Origin: Proteromonas lacertae
Lineage: Eukaryota
NCBI GenBank assembly: GCA_002245135.1
Contig: NGBS01000621.1
Location: 44,513 to 64,512 of the forward strand
Length of the DNA stretch: 20,000 nucleotides
Reading direction: 5' to 3'
Part shown: positions 1 through 10,300 of the stretch, one piece after another
Layout: every line of letters starts with the position of its first letter
Position numbering within the stretch: position 1 is the first letter of the stretch
Position numbers and translations under genes: made by a program
The notes under the pieces: model-generated
The model's database searches: none
Told to the model about the DNA's origin: nothing
Seen by the model: only the letters and a program-made list of their open reading frames with translations

Positions 1-337
1 TTAATCATTTTTTTAACACTTTCACTTAATCTAATTTCATTAGTGGCAATATATTTATCATAGATTTCAGTTGCCATTTGTTTCATTTCAAATTCACCCC
101 ACAGCTTTGTAGGAATTGTTTTAATCTTTGGATTATTTGCTTGAGTTGGATTCTTTGCTAAATGAATTGTATTTTTTCTAAATTCCATTAATTTTTCATA
201 AAAATTAATCCTATATATATATAAAACATAATATAATATATATATAATATATATTCATACTTTTCTTCATCCATCAATTCCCTCATATGTAATTTCAAAC
301 AACTTCTTTTAATTGGATTATCAAACAAATCACTTAT
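1..337 (-). other. RGS (regulator of G-protein signalling) domain, truncated by window edge
   Basis: After splicing intron 211-260: ISDLFDNPIKRSCLKLHMRELMDEEKINFYEKLMEFRK...MKQMATEIYDKYIATNEIRLSESVKKMI, matching the RGS consensus L..lL.dp....F..fl..e..eEni.Fw..v..fk...A..Iy..yi.....in. Confidence 0.75.
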
Positions 338-2729
338 CGCTTCATTATCTTCTTTAATTTCTTGATTCTTATGAGTCTTGATATAAGCATAACTACCCCA
401 AAAGAATGTACATATTACACACAATACAAACCTCAATAATGTCAATAAAACCAACATAATACCAGTTTGGAAATCAGTTCCAGCATTATATACTTCAAAT
501 ATATTTAAAACACCAGTTATTAATGAAAACAAGAAAGAACTTCGATTAAACCAACGGATTTCTTTACCAACGGTTGATCTTTCTACAGCTAACTGACTAT
601 ACATAGAAACTACAGCGACAACAATTGGTACAGCATATGCTAACAGAGTTTCACCTAGATCTCTACCACATATTTTAATTGGTATTGTGACACGATTTAC
701 ATTTACACTATATTCAATTGATTCATCACCAAGCTACAACGAAAAATAATAAACATTCTAAACCCATTATTGGAATAAAGAATTGGAAATAAAAGAAATA
801 ATCTGATCTACTACTCATATTCCTTAAAACATGGACATAATGATTATAAAAAGTTGCTACAAAGACTGATATTTGTGAAGAAGTAAGTGCTAATGCTGTT
901 AAAGCGTTGGTAACTTTACAATTTGATGTTGACATGTTATTCATTAAGAAAAATATTAAAAATAATAACAAAGAAACTTGGTTCATTATATAAAACAATG
1001 GTCTGGTTCTATAAACAATTTCAATTTTACCTTTTGTCTTTAAGAAGATTAAAGTAAAAGTATAAACCATTTGAATAAAGAATATAGCAGCCAATATGAT
1101 AAATATAATACCCATGCTGAATGGTAATATATTACAATTAATACTCTTCGTTGGGGGAGTTTCTAAACCACCAAAACAAGTTGAATTTACATCTTTATGG
1201 AATGTAATATCTCTACTAATTGTACCACAATCTTCTAAAGTGTATCGATAATCATTTAATACACAATCAGCTAATTCCTTTGAAACAGAAACAGCAATTG
1301 TTTCAAAACAAGAGATAGTTTCAGAACCAACTGATTTGATAAAAAATGCTGGTAAGACTGCTGATTTAACATATGCTCTGATTGTTATTAAAGCACTACT
1401 TCCTGCTGGGATTTTTCCACTTGTTGGTGATACTGTATAAGCAATATCAGCTTCTATTTCATATTCAGCTTCATAATCACTTTTGTTAGTTAAAGTGATA
1501 TTTTCTGTTTGATAACTATCAGTTGAAGAGTATCGAAATACAATTGTTGTTCTAGAAGGAACCCAATTATAAGATGTATCAACATCTGCTTGTCTTACTA
1601 TTGATAATAAATAAAATAGATTTCTAATGGGTAATCCAATATGTACATGATATGGAACGATCTTTATACTATCACCATTTGTTTTTTCTCTTACTGATAC
1701 TGTGGTTGTCACTAATCCTTTGTCTATAGCAGTCATTATAGTTTCAAACCCAGTTCGAGCATCTTTCAGTGTTTTTTGACTGGTTAAAACTGATTCCTTT
1801 GTTTCTTCTTCACCAAATACTAATTTGAACATTGCTTCTAAACCACCGATTGGTTGACCTTTTGATGTGATTAATAAATAATATCCAGTAAGGCTTGGAG
1901 GCTTGTCTAATAATTCGTGTAATATATCCGTTAGATTCAGTTGTACACCAATTACTCCATAATATCTTTCATCTCTATATATTGGAATTCCCAGAAAAGC
2001 TTGTGTATTTTCATTTACTGGGTTATATATAGAAGATGAAACGAACGGTAATTTTTGAGGGTTATTTTCTTGCGTAGATAAATATAAACCTTGATAAATA
2101 GGGTTTTTGAATGGGAGAATTACCATAATCAATACAGATTCCTTGCTCATTATATTCACTGTGAGAATATGTATATCTGAATATACTGTCCATACCAAAT
2201 GATGCAGTTACATGTATAGTATGATCTATACTATTGTAACCTATACTCATTCTATAGCATTAACATAAAAATAATAAATATATATACATATCTGTCTAAC
2301 GAGACTATATACTTTAAATATTCATTAATTTGTTGATCAGTGAATTTTTGGCCTGTAATATTACTCATATGGACATATATGTATGAATTATCAGAAGAGT
2401 AATAAAAAGAGCTACTGACGTTTGCACAAGGAGTAAAATCGTTTTTAGTAATTGAAGATACTGCAACTGAACTATCTAACTGTTCTATTGTTGAATATAG
2501 AAATGTAATGGATGCAAACACCATATGATCAAAACAAGATGCTAATATAGTTGATTTTTTTGAGATCAAATCATTATTACATGCGTTTAGCACTCTAAAA
2601 AATATAAAGCCAGATTATACGTCTCACTACTACATTTTATATCAGCATTGACTGCCGAAACAATTAATATTAAAAAAACTACAATATAAAATAATTGATC
2701 ATACACAGCTGGTTAAAATGATAATTCAT
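1..2729 (-). CDS. Multi-domain 7TM receptor: signal peptide + dCache-like + Ig/MSP-like + Cys-rich + class C GPCR-like 7TM + RGS domain (3' end beyond window start)
   Basis: ATG at 2729. Removing introns 2679-2704 and 2595-2620 gives MNYHFNQLFFLILIVSAVNADIKCSSETVLNAC (signal-peptide-like). The frame continues through introns 2252-2287 and 211-260 and three +1 indels (~2251, ~2097, ~731), joining ORFs 2252..2593, 2062..2250, 726..2198 and 188..604 with an open final exon 210..1. Seven hydrophobic segments and an RGS-like tail are visible. Confidence 0.85.
375..1268 (-). other. Cys-rich juxtamembrane module followed by class C (7tm_3-like) seven-transmembrane domain
   Basis: CVLNDYRYTLEDC...R...C.GGLETP....C precedes TM1. 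Also seen: RTRPLF before TM2, Cys at the start of TM3 (SNCKV), Cys in ECL2 (IKICG), and GKEIRW before TM6 (cf. the FNE motif of class C receptors). Seven hydrophobic stretches in total. Confidence 0.7.
1275..1565 (-). other. Ig-like beta-sandwich (MSP/PapD/ASH-like) domain
   Basis: TENITLTNKSDYEAEYEIEADIAYTVSPTSGKIPAGSSALITIR fits the l.l.N.s...f.v.P..G.i.pg.s..i.i pattern of MSP/ASH-type Ig folds. Confidence 0.6.
1585..2590 (-). other. dCache-like extracellular sensor domain (approximate limits)
   Basis: KPYYQG...PFVSSSIYNPVNENTQAFLGIPIYRDERYYGVIGVQLNLTDILHELL...TGYYLLITSKGQPI matches the dCache_1 pattern (PWY...S.PY...P.....G...GV.G.D..L..L...GY..L.D..G..I). Confidence 0.7.
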
Positions 2730-2839
2730 TTTATAACGAAAATCAGTTATTCAAAAGTTCGGCTTGAGATTTCTATTTTTGTGTTTTTAACATTAGCTAC
2801 AATACAAATCCACAACAAAATTACATAATCGTTATAAAT
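2730..2839 (-). promoter_or_regulatory. 110-bp spacer holding the FANCD2-like 3' end and receptor promoter; GT-rich element and two ATAACGA motifs
   Basis: The minus strand reads TTTTGTTGTGGATTTGTATTGT about 20 nt after the TGA. ATAACGA at 2733-2739 (+) and 2829-2835 (-). Confidence 0.45.
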
Positions 2840-5800
2840 TCATTCTTCTAAATCATTTCCTTCACTGTCTTCTGAATACTCTTCATCAGCTGAATCAGAT
2901 TCACTCATTATTAAAGTATCTCTTCTTACAATTCTTGTCTTTTCTTTATTAATAGGCGTAGATAGACCGGTAATATTAAGTTGTATATTATTTCTTTTAC
3001 AAATATTTTTTAACAATTGAAAATACATATTAATTGTTGTTAAAGATTTCTTTACTTTTTCCTTTTCACATTGGATTATTATCACATCATACACTTTATA
3101 GATCGGTTCTAATACTTTTTCAAAACATTCTTTTGATTTCATTGTATATATTGATTCATCATATTCTGGCTATAAATATATATATGAATATAATCTAAAA
3201 ATATACCGAATTTCTCCAATTATCAATTCTATCAACTTGATTGATTAGAATAAATGAAATATTTGTATAAAATGACTGTCTTGCTTCAACTGCAATTTCA
3301 TTATATAATGGTTCACATTGGATAATAGCTAAAAATGACAATAAATCGTTTATTATTGATATAAGTTCATCATATGGAGTATTATAATGATTTTCAGTTA
3401 TGTTTATCATTGATGGTTGATATTGATCAATTGAATAAAGAATAACTATCTCAAAGAGTGTAATGAAAGAAAATATTGTATCTTCTGATATTGGATTACT
3501 TTTTACATTAGACAATTTATATTTTTTATTGGTTTTTACATTTTCTTTATTCTTAACAAATTCATCAAGGAATTGTTTTATACCAATTATTAATCCATAA
3601 TAATCTGATATTTTGCCATTATCCAATAATAATGATGCATTTTGAAATAAATAATAACAATAATTGAATCTTCTAATAGCAGACAACATGTTCTGATATT
3701 TTATTATTGAAAAAACAGGAAATTGCATATACAAATTATCTATTGATAGTGGAAATCTAAGAACAATAAACAATTAAAAACATACACTGTTAAAATCACT
3801 TTTATGCTGTTTTCTATACACTTTTTCTTTTTTGCTTCTTCATTATCATGCAATAGGAAAAATATATGCATGATGAAAGTAGCAATTGTACTATCAGTTA
3901 CAGTAAATCCATCTGATAATGTTAAAATTGATTCAAAATACTCAAATCTATACAGATACAGTTACAATTAGATATTATAATTCTTATACATAGTCAAATT
4001 AATTGTCTTTAAAGCATCAGAGAAACATTTCATAAAGTCATCTTTAAATTCTTTACTTATTTCATCTTTAAAAGAAAAAATATTGATAAATAATTGGAAA
4101 TATGTTTGTAAGATATTAGATATCTCTTTACAGAATGAATTATCATTGGCTATTTGAATATAATAATAATAATTTATACAACTTCTTCTTCTTTCCAACA
4201 TTTCAACAGAATTTTTTATGAAAATGACAATATATTTTAATGTCTCTTCATATATTATCTTGTTGAATATATTCTTCAGATGTTTTGATGGAATGAATAT
4301 ATACCTTTCTTTTAACCTTTCAAAGTGTGAGTATAATTGAACAATACAGTAATAATGAACAGAATTATAGTTATATATTTCATCACCTCCTATTCTTATG
4401 ATAGCTGTAAAAGTATTCTTCAAAAGCTCTAATCTAACCAATTGTATATGTTTATAATAACAATTCAACAAGTATTTCTCACTCTTATTATTAATTTTAC
4501 TTTTTATTTTTTCATAGTTATTTTTACACTGTAATACATCTTGATAATACTTATTTAATAATTCAATCTATTCATATTGTACATTATCAAAATATACTTT
4601 ATTATTATTTGAACTTTTACTGATTATGGATATATCTAAACTATCTTCTAAATTGGTGATTGTAACGAATATATCATAAGTTAATAAACTTTTCCAATAA
4701 ACATCACAGACTGTATTTCCTTTTTTGGTTTTATTTTTGTTTGTTTCAACAATAACAATACTAGATTCTTTTTTACTAAATGGGATTAAAACATTTGAAT
4801 TTAGATAATTTGTCATAATATAAAATTGTAATATTGCATTTGGAGATATAGAATTATAAATATATAATGAAGAATCATTACTGGACATTGTACTAATTAT
4901 ATAATTCTTAATATATGAAAAATATTTTTCAATATTAAAACTGGGAGATGTATTAACAGCAACATCATTTTTTCTTTCAATTTCATATGTTTCAAGTAAC
5001 ATTTTTATTTGCTTATAATTATTCATTAGCAGTGATGAGTTTTCAGTATTTATTGATAGAATATTCGATGTCAAGAACAAACAGATTTGATTTGTTATCT
5101 ATATATATATATATCAATATATAAGCGTCATATAATACATATAATGGACAACTTTTTAATATTAATGATAAATAGTTTGCCATATTCATTAGATTTGTTG
5201 GTGTTGAATAATCTTCAGCTTTTTTGATTCTATTCATCCATATATATATAATATGATATAGAAATACTCTTTTGATTTTTCTATACATAATGAAAGTACA
5301 GTCCACATTATTTGATAATCAGGATACTTTGTTTTTAATACTTTTTCTATAAATATCATTATATTTGAGTTTCTATCTAAATTGATCAACTTCGAAAACA
5401 GTTTTATAAATAACAATATAATTGATGAATCTGTTGAATTTACTATATCATATCAATAAGAATATTTTAATATACAATCTATTTCATTAATAAAATAACT
5501 TTCAAAAGCATCATAATATCTACTAATATCACATTTGTCATATAATTCTTCTAGAATCTGCACTGAGGTATATTTTGCATTTTTTGATAAACTCTTCGAT
5601 TGCGCTGAGAGAATATTGAACAAATCTCTTAAAATCTACATAAATAATATATCAATAATATTAATACACAAATCTGTATTTGATGAAATTTGTTATATAG
5701 AATAGGAAAAGAATGAATTACATTATATTTTGATTCATTCTTAGTAGAATCATGAAATAATATTATTTCAATAAAATTCAGTAATGGTTGACCATATTGT

Positions 5801-6821
5801 TCATCATTTACTAGAAATAATAACAATTACACAATAAATATTATACATACTTTCAACAATATCGTTTATAAACTGCTGCAAAATATCAATATTGAAATAA
5901 TCATTATTCCATCCTTTTATAATCAATTCTATTCATTTATAAAAACAAAATTGATTAATAAATATAATACGTTTCATATGTTCAACATATTCATTATCTT
6001 TTAAGAACAACAATATCAAAAATAAATCACAGTAATGCCATTCATCTACACATAGAATCTCATGAACATATGAATTATAGAATTCTATAATATCAACATA
6101 ATATAATATTATACTATTTATAAATGTCATACAAAAACACATTTTCTGGATTATTTCGATTGATTCTATAAATTCAAGTTCAATTAATTGGTTTCTAATC
6201 ATTGGACAAATCTATAACAACAATTATGATTTTGATATTTATTAAAATTATACATTGTTAGTGTTAACGAGTAATTCTCCTCTTAATATATTTTGAATTA
6301 AGTCTGGCCATTCATGAGGATCAATACCATAAAATCCAGTAGATATAATAATTTGAATATCTTCTAGTTGTTGTTGATTGAATGAGAATTGACTTAATGT
6401 CTGTAATATTGGTAATGTCAATGATTCTGGGTGTAATTTTTGAAGTTCTATACATTTTGATATTAACATAGATAGTTCACCTAATAATAAAAAAATGACT
6501 ATTATACTATTTGTACAACCAATAATTGATGGCAATTTTTGCAAATACGTTTTTATTTCATCATCTTTATTTAATGTACAAAAAATTTGAAGTATAGCAT
6601 TTGTTATTTCTGGAGTTTTTGTAGATATCTCACATAATTTATCTATTAACTTGAAAGTAGATTCTGTAGATATCTATATCCGCAATATGTATTTATATTA
6701 ACTATACATCCTTATATAAAAGAGATATCAAATCTAAAGAGTATTGATCTAGATTAGATTTGTAATTAATAGCTGTTGCATATGAAAGTAATTTTCTAAC
6801 TTCATCTTCACAATTTTGCAT
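2840..6821 (-). CDS. FANCD2: FANCD2-like Fanconi anaemia DNA-repair protein, 16 exons, about 1151 aa
   Basis: 3982 nt minus 526 nt of introns = 3456 nt, one open frame from ATG 6821 to TGA 2840-2842. The motifs LPSIIG, SLTLPILQTLSQF, WPDLIQNIL, HYCDLFLILLFL and NIMIFIEKVL resemble, in the same order, human FANCD2 LPEILG, SLTVPILDVLSSL, LPVIIKFIL, HKVFDLVMLFII and [10 protein letters not shown]. Acidic C-terminal tail. Confidence 0.75.
3170..6707 (-). other. Fifteen short introns of the FANCD2-like gene: 6674-6707, 6481-6507, 6212-6253, 6085-6114, 5929-5970, 5811-5850, 5636-5667, 5443-5475, 5230-5267, 5099-5138, 4568-4597, 4150-4179, 3948-3989, 3757-3785, 3170-3206
   Basis: 27-42 nt, each beginning GTAT and ending TAG, with phases that join the ORF fragments exactly. 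Three (6481-6507, 6085-6114, 4150-4179) are in-frame and stopless, so they are called from splice signals and composition only. Confidence 0.82.
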
Positions 6822-7313
6822 ATACTTTATAAAATAGATATTCAAATAATTATAGTCGTTTCATCAAGCTTTTATCAAACAATTCGTTATAAAAACTGAA
6901 TTTATTATAAAATGAATAAAAAAAGTGTAAAAATATGAGGTATGATAGGATACGATTAACTATAATTCATTTAAAATAAAAAACAAAACAACACAAATCT
7001 GTTATTCTTTTTCATTCTTTTCTTCCCAAATAGATGAATTATGCAATACTATGCTAGTTTTAAACAATATATAACCAATTTACCTAATCCAGGTCATCAT
7101 CTTATATAACTAATTTTTTACAAAATGTGAATTTAAATGCTCTAATAATTGTTTAGAAATAACGATTATAAATCATACTTTGCTATAAATGAATTTATTC
7201 AGCATGATTAGTTACAACCGTCATTCATGAACTTGTTAAATATGAATATGCTTCATTTTAAGCCTAAATTGTTTCAAAAAATATAGTCGTTTCATAAAAT
7301 CATTGTCATTTTT
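6822..7313. promoter_or_regulatory. Divergent (head-to-head) intergenic/promoter region with repeated motifs
   Basis: Lies between ATG 6821 (-) and ATG 7314 (+). Exact 14-mer TATAGTCGTTTCAT at 6851-6864 and 7282-7295; ATAACGA at 6884-6890 (-) and 7159-7165 (+); Inr-like TCATT twice just before ATG 7314. Confidence 0.55.
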
Positions 7314-10300
7314 ATGAAGATTGACAGAACTACTCCTCCAGAAATAGTTCTACAAGAATATTATGTCTCACGACAAGAGATTGAAGATCTTAATGATAAA
7401 ATATCGTCTCTTGTCAGTGAGAATGAACAGATCAAATTATTTTTTGATCACATAAAAGCGGACAATGAGCAAATTCGTCAAGAAAATGCTAAAGTAAGAG
7501 AAAAAGACCAGTCAATCAAAGCAGAATTGGATTATACAAAAATCCAATTGGCGTCCACCAATGCACAACTAGCAAACTCTAAAGACGAATTTGAAAAACG
7601 ATTAATTACACTCAACCAAAGAAAAGAGGATACTGACCAAGAGAATCAGATGTTGGTTATGCAATTTAAAGATTTGCAAGAAACTATTAGCAATCAAGCA
7701 GATGAGATTACTCGTCTCAAACAATTAAATTTCGATCTTGAGCAAAAATTGAAAGAATCAATGAATAGAACGAATCAAGCAGAAGCTCAAGCTACTAAAG
7801 ATAGATATAATTTAGATAAACTTCAAGCTAAAGCAATGAAAGACTCGGCTGAAAGTGCTAGTCAGACAAATTCACTTAAACAAGAGAATGATAAAGCAAA
7901 AGATCAAATTAAGAAACTCAATAACAAATTAGAAGATCTTAACAAACTAAATAAAGAAAATGAAGACTTAAAGAATCAGTTACAAGCATTAGCAAAAGAA
8001 TTAGCTTCAACCAATGAAAAACTAAATGAATCCGAAAAAGCTAAAGAAGAATCTGACAAGAAGAATAAAGAGTTGGAAAAGAATTTAAATAATTTAAATC
8101 AAGAAAATAATAACTTAAAATCTGAAATTCAATCAGCTAAAGATATAAATGATCAATTGCAATCACAACTTGAAGAATTAAATAACAAAGAAGAAAATGA
8201 AATAGCCAAATTAAAAGAAGAATTGAAGAATAGTCAAGAAGAAGCAGAAAAAGCTAAAGATGAATTACAACAATCAATAGATAATGAAACAGCAAAAGAA
8301 ATACCCAATGAAGAAGAAATGAATAGATTAAAAGAAGAAATAGCTAAATTAAGAGAAGAATTGAAGAATAGTCAAGAAGAAAATCTTAGAGTTAAAGATC
8401 AACTTAATGAATCTGAAGCCTTAAATGAAGATAATGAAACAGCAAAAGAAATTCCCAATGAAGAAGAAATGAATAGATTAAAAGAAGAAATAACTAAATT
8501 AAGAGAAGAATTGAAGAATAGTCAAGAAGAGGCAGAAAAAGCTAAAGATGAATTACAACAATCAATAGATAATGAAACAGCAAAAGAAATTCCCAATGAA
8601 GAAGAAATGAATAGATTAAAAGAAGAAATAGCTAAATTACAAGAAGAATGTGATAGAAAAGATGAAGAATTAAAAGAATCAAAGAATGAACTGAATGATT
8701 TACATGATCGAATTAATGAAAAGCAACTGAAAATATCAATGATCTTCAAGACAAATTGGAGAATAATGATGTAGAGAAATTAAAAGAAGAACTTGCTGAA
8801 CAAAAGGAAAAAGTATTAGCTACTGAAAGTGAATTAGAAAATACCAAAGAAGCATTATTAGCTACTCAGGATATGAATAACAATTATAGTACAGAATCAA
8901 TGCTACCAACACAATTAGATAATTGTGAAGACGTTGATAGTGTTATTAAGGCTTTTAGAGATATTCTTCAATAAATATAAAGATGATGTTGAAGAGTTAA
9001 AGAAGAAATTAGGTGAATATTAAAGAAGTAGAAGATAAACAGAATGAGAGTGATATAATCCCTAAAGATAAATTATCTCAATTTATTGAAAATACTAAGC
9101 AAAATAGTGATAAAGTTAATGGAATATCTGAGAAGATAAAATCAATAGAAGAAAAGATTGATGAGATAGAAAAGAATGAAAATCATACAATTGAAGATGT
9201 AAAAGTTTTACAACCAGATATTGAGTCAATAAGAACTGATATGATTGAAGAAAAGACTCAAATCAATCAATTAGAAAAATCATTAAACAGACTGAATTGA
9301 TTTATCTGAAATGAAAGATAAATTGAATGAACTAAACGATAATACTGATAATTCATTGAAATCAGTTGGAAAGATTGAAGAATCAATGAAAAACTTAGAA
9401 CAATATAAGAATTATGAGAAAGATGATAGTAAAGTGATTAAAAGTACGTTAAAGCCATTAAAGGATAAATTATCAAAACAGAAAGAAGAAATTGATAATC
9501 AATTACATTCAATTGATTACTATGATTGAGAATGGTGCTGGTAGTGAAGAAAGCTTAGATAAAATGGATTCAGAGACTAAACAATTACTCTTAGAATCAT
9601 CTAAAGCTAAAGATGAGTTAGTAGATTTGAGTAGTAAATTAGATAACTGTGTATTAATAATTAGTGATCGTGGACAGCTTGAAAAATTATCAAAACAACA
9701 ACAATCACAATCAGATCATCTTGATAAATATGAAAATGCTTTGAACAAATTAAAATCAAAAGATAGTAATTTAGATTCTCAAATTGCTGATATTAACAAT
9801 TCTATTATGAAGAATAAGGAGAATTGTAATGATATTAAGGGAATGATTGAGAAAGAGAAGGAGTTATGCCATTTGAATAGTGATGAAGAAGGATCAGAAG
9901 ATAATGCATTTGATCAAAATAGATTTGACAATGATTTAGAGGAGATTAACAACAAAATCGATGAATTAGACAATGAATTGAAAGTATTAGATGAAAAGGT
10001 TGATGGTATTAATGAATTATCAGATATTATCAACGATTTAGAATCTTTAGAAGGAAGAAAGAAAGCTATCAATGATGAAATAGAAAAATTGAATGGTATA
10101 ATAGATCATTTGAATGATAATGAAAATATTGAACAAAAGTGAGATAGAAAATGTTAAGAAAGATAGTGATAAAATAACTAAAGATTTGAATGAAATAAAT
10201 GACAAGATCAATAAAGTAAAAAACAGTACATCTAACAGCAAAATCGATGATTTAGATGACAAGAAAGTTGATGGTGTTAAGAATGATGTTAATAAGTTGG

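Larger units (their letters stand above)
211..2704 (-). other. Four short spliceosomal introns of the receptor gene: 2679-2704 (26 nt), 2595-2620 (26), 2252-2287 (36), 211-260 (50)
   Basis: All are GTAT...TAG and very AT-rich. Removal restores the reading frame; 2252-2287 additionally needs one extra A at ~2251 removed, or an alternative GTAT donor at 2312. Confidence 0.8.

Noticed and set aside
2100..2198. N-terminus of ORF 726..2198 (MVWTVYSD...)
   Set aside because: Probably the wrong frame: the upstream exons connect through the 2062..2250 frame, switching at a +1 indel near 2097.
5099..5115. (AT)n microsatellite-like runs here and at 211-255 and 5240-5250
   Set aside because: Short runs inside AT-rich introns; no separate feature supported.
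7040..7100. Box C-like ATGATGA on the minus strand (7094-7100), possible C/D snoRNA
   Set aside because: No downstream CTGA box D or terminal stem found.
8199..8648. CRISPR-like repeat/spacer appearance
   Set aside because: In-frame coding repeats in a eukaryotic gene, no unique spacers, no cas genes.
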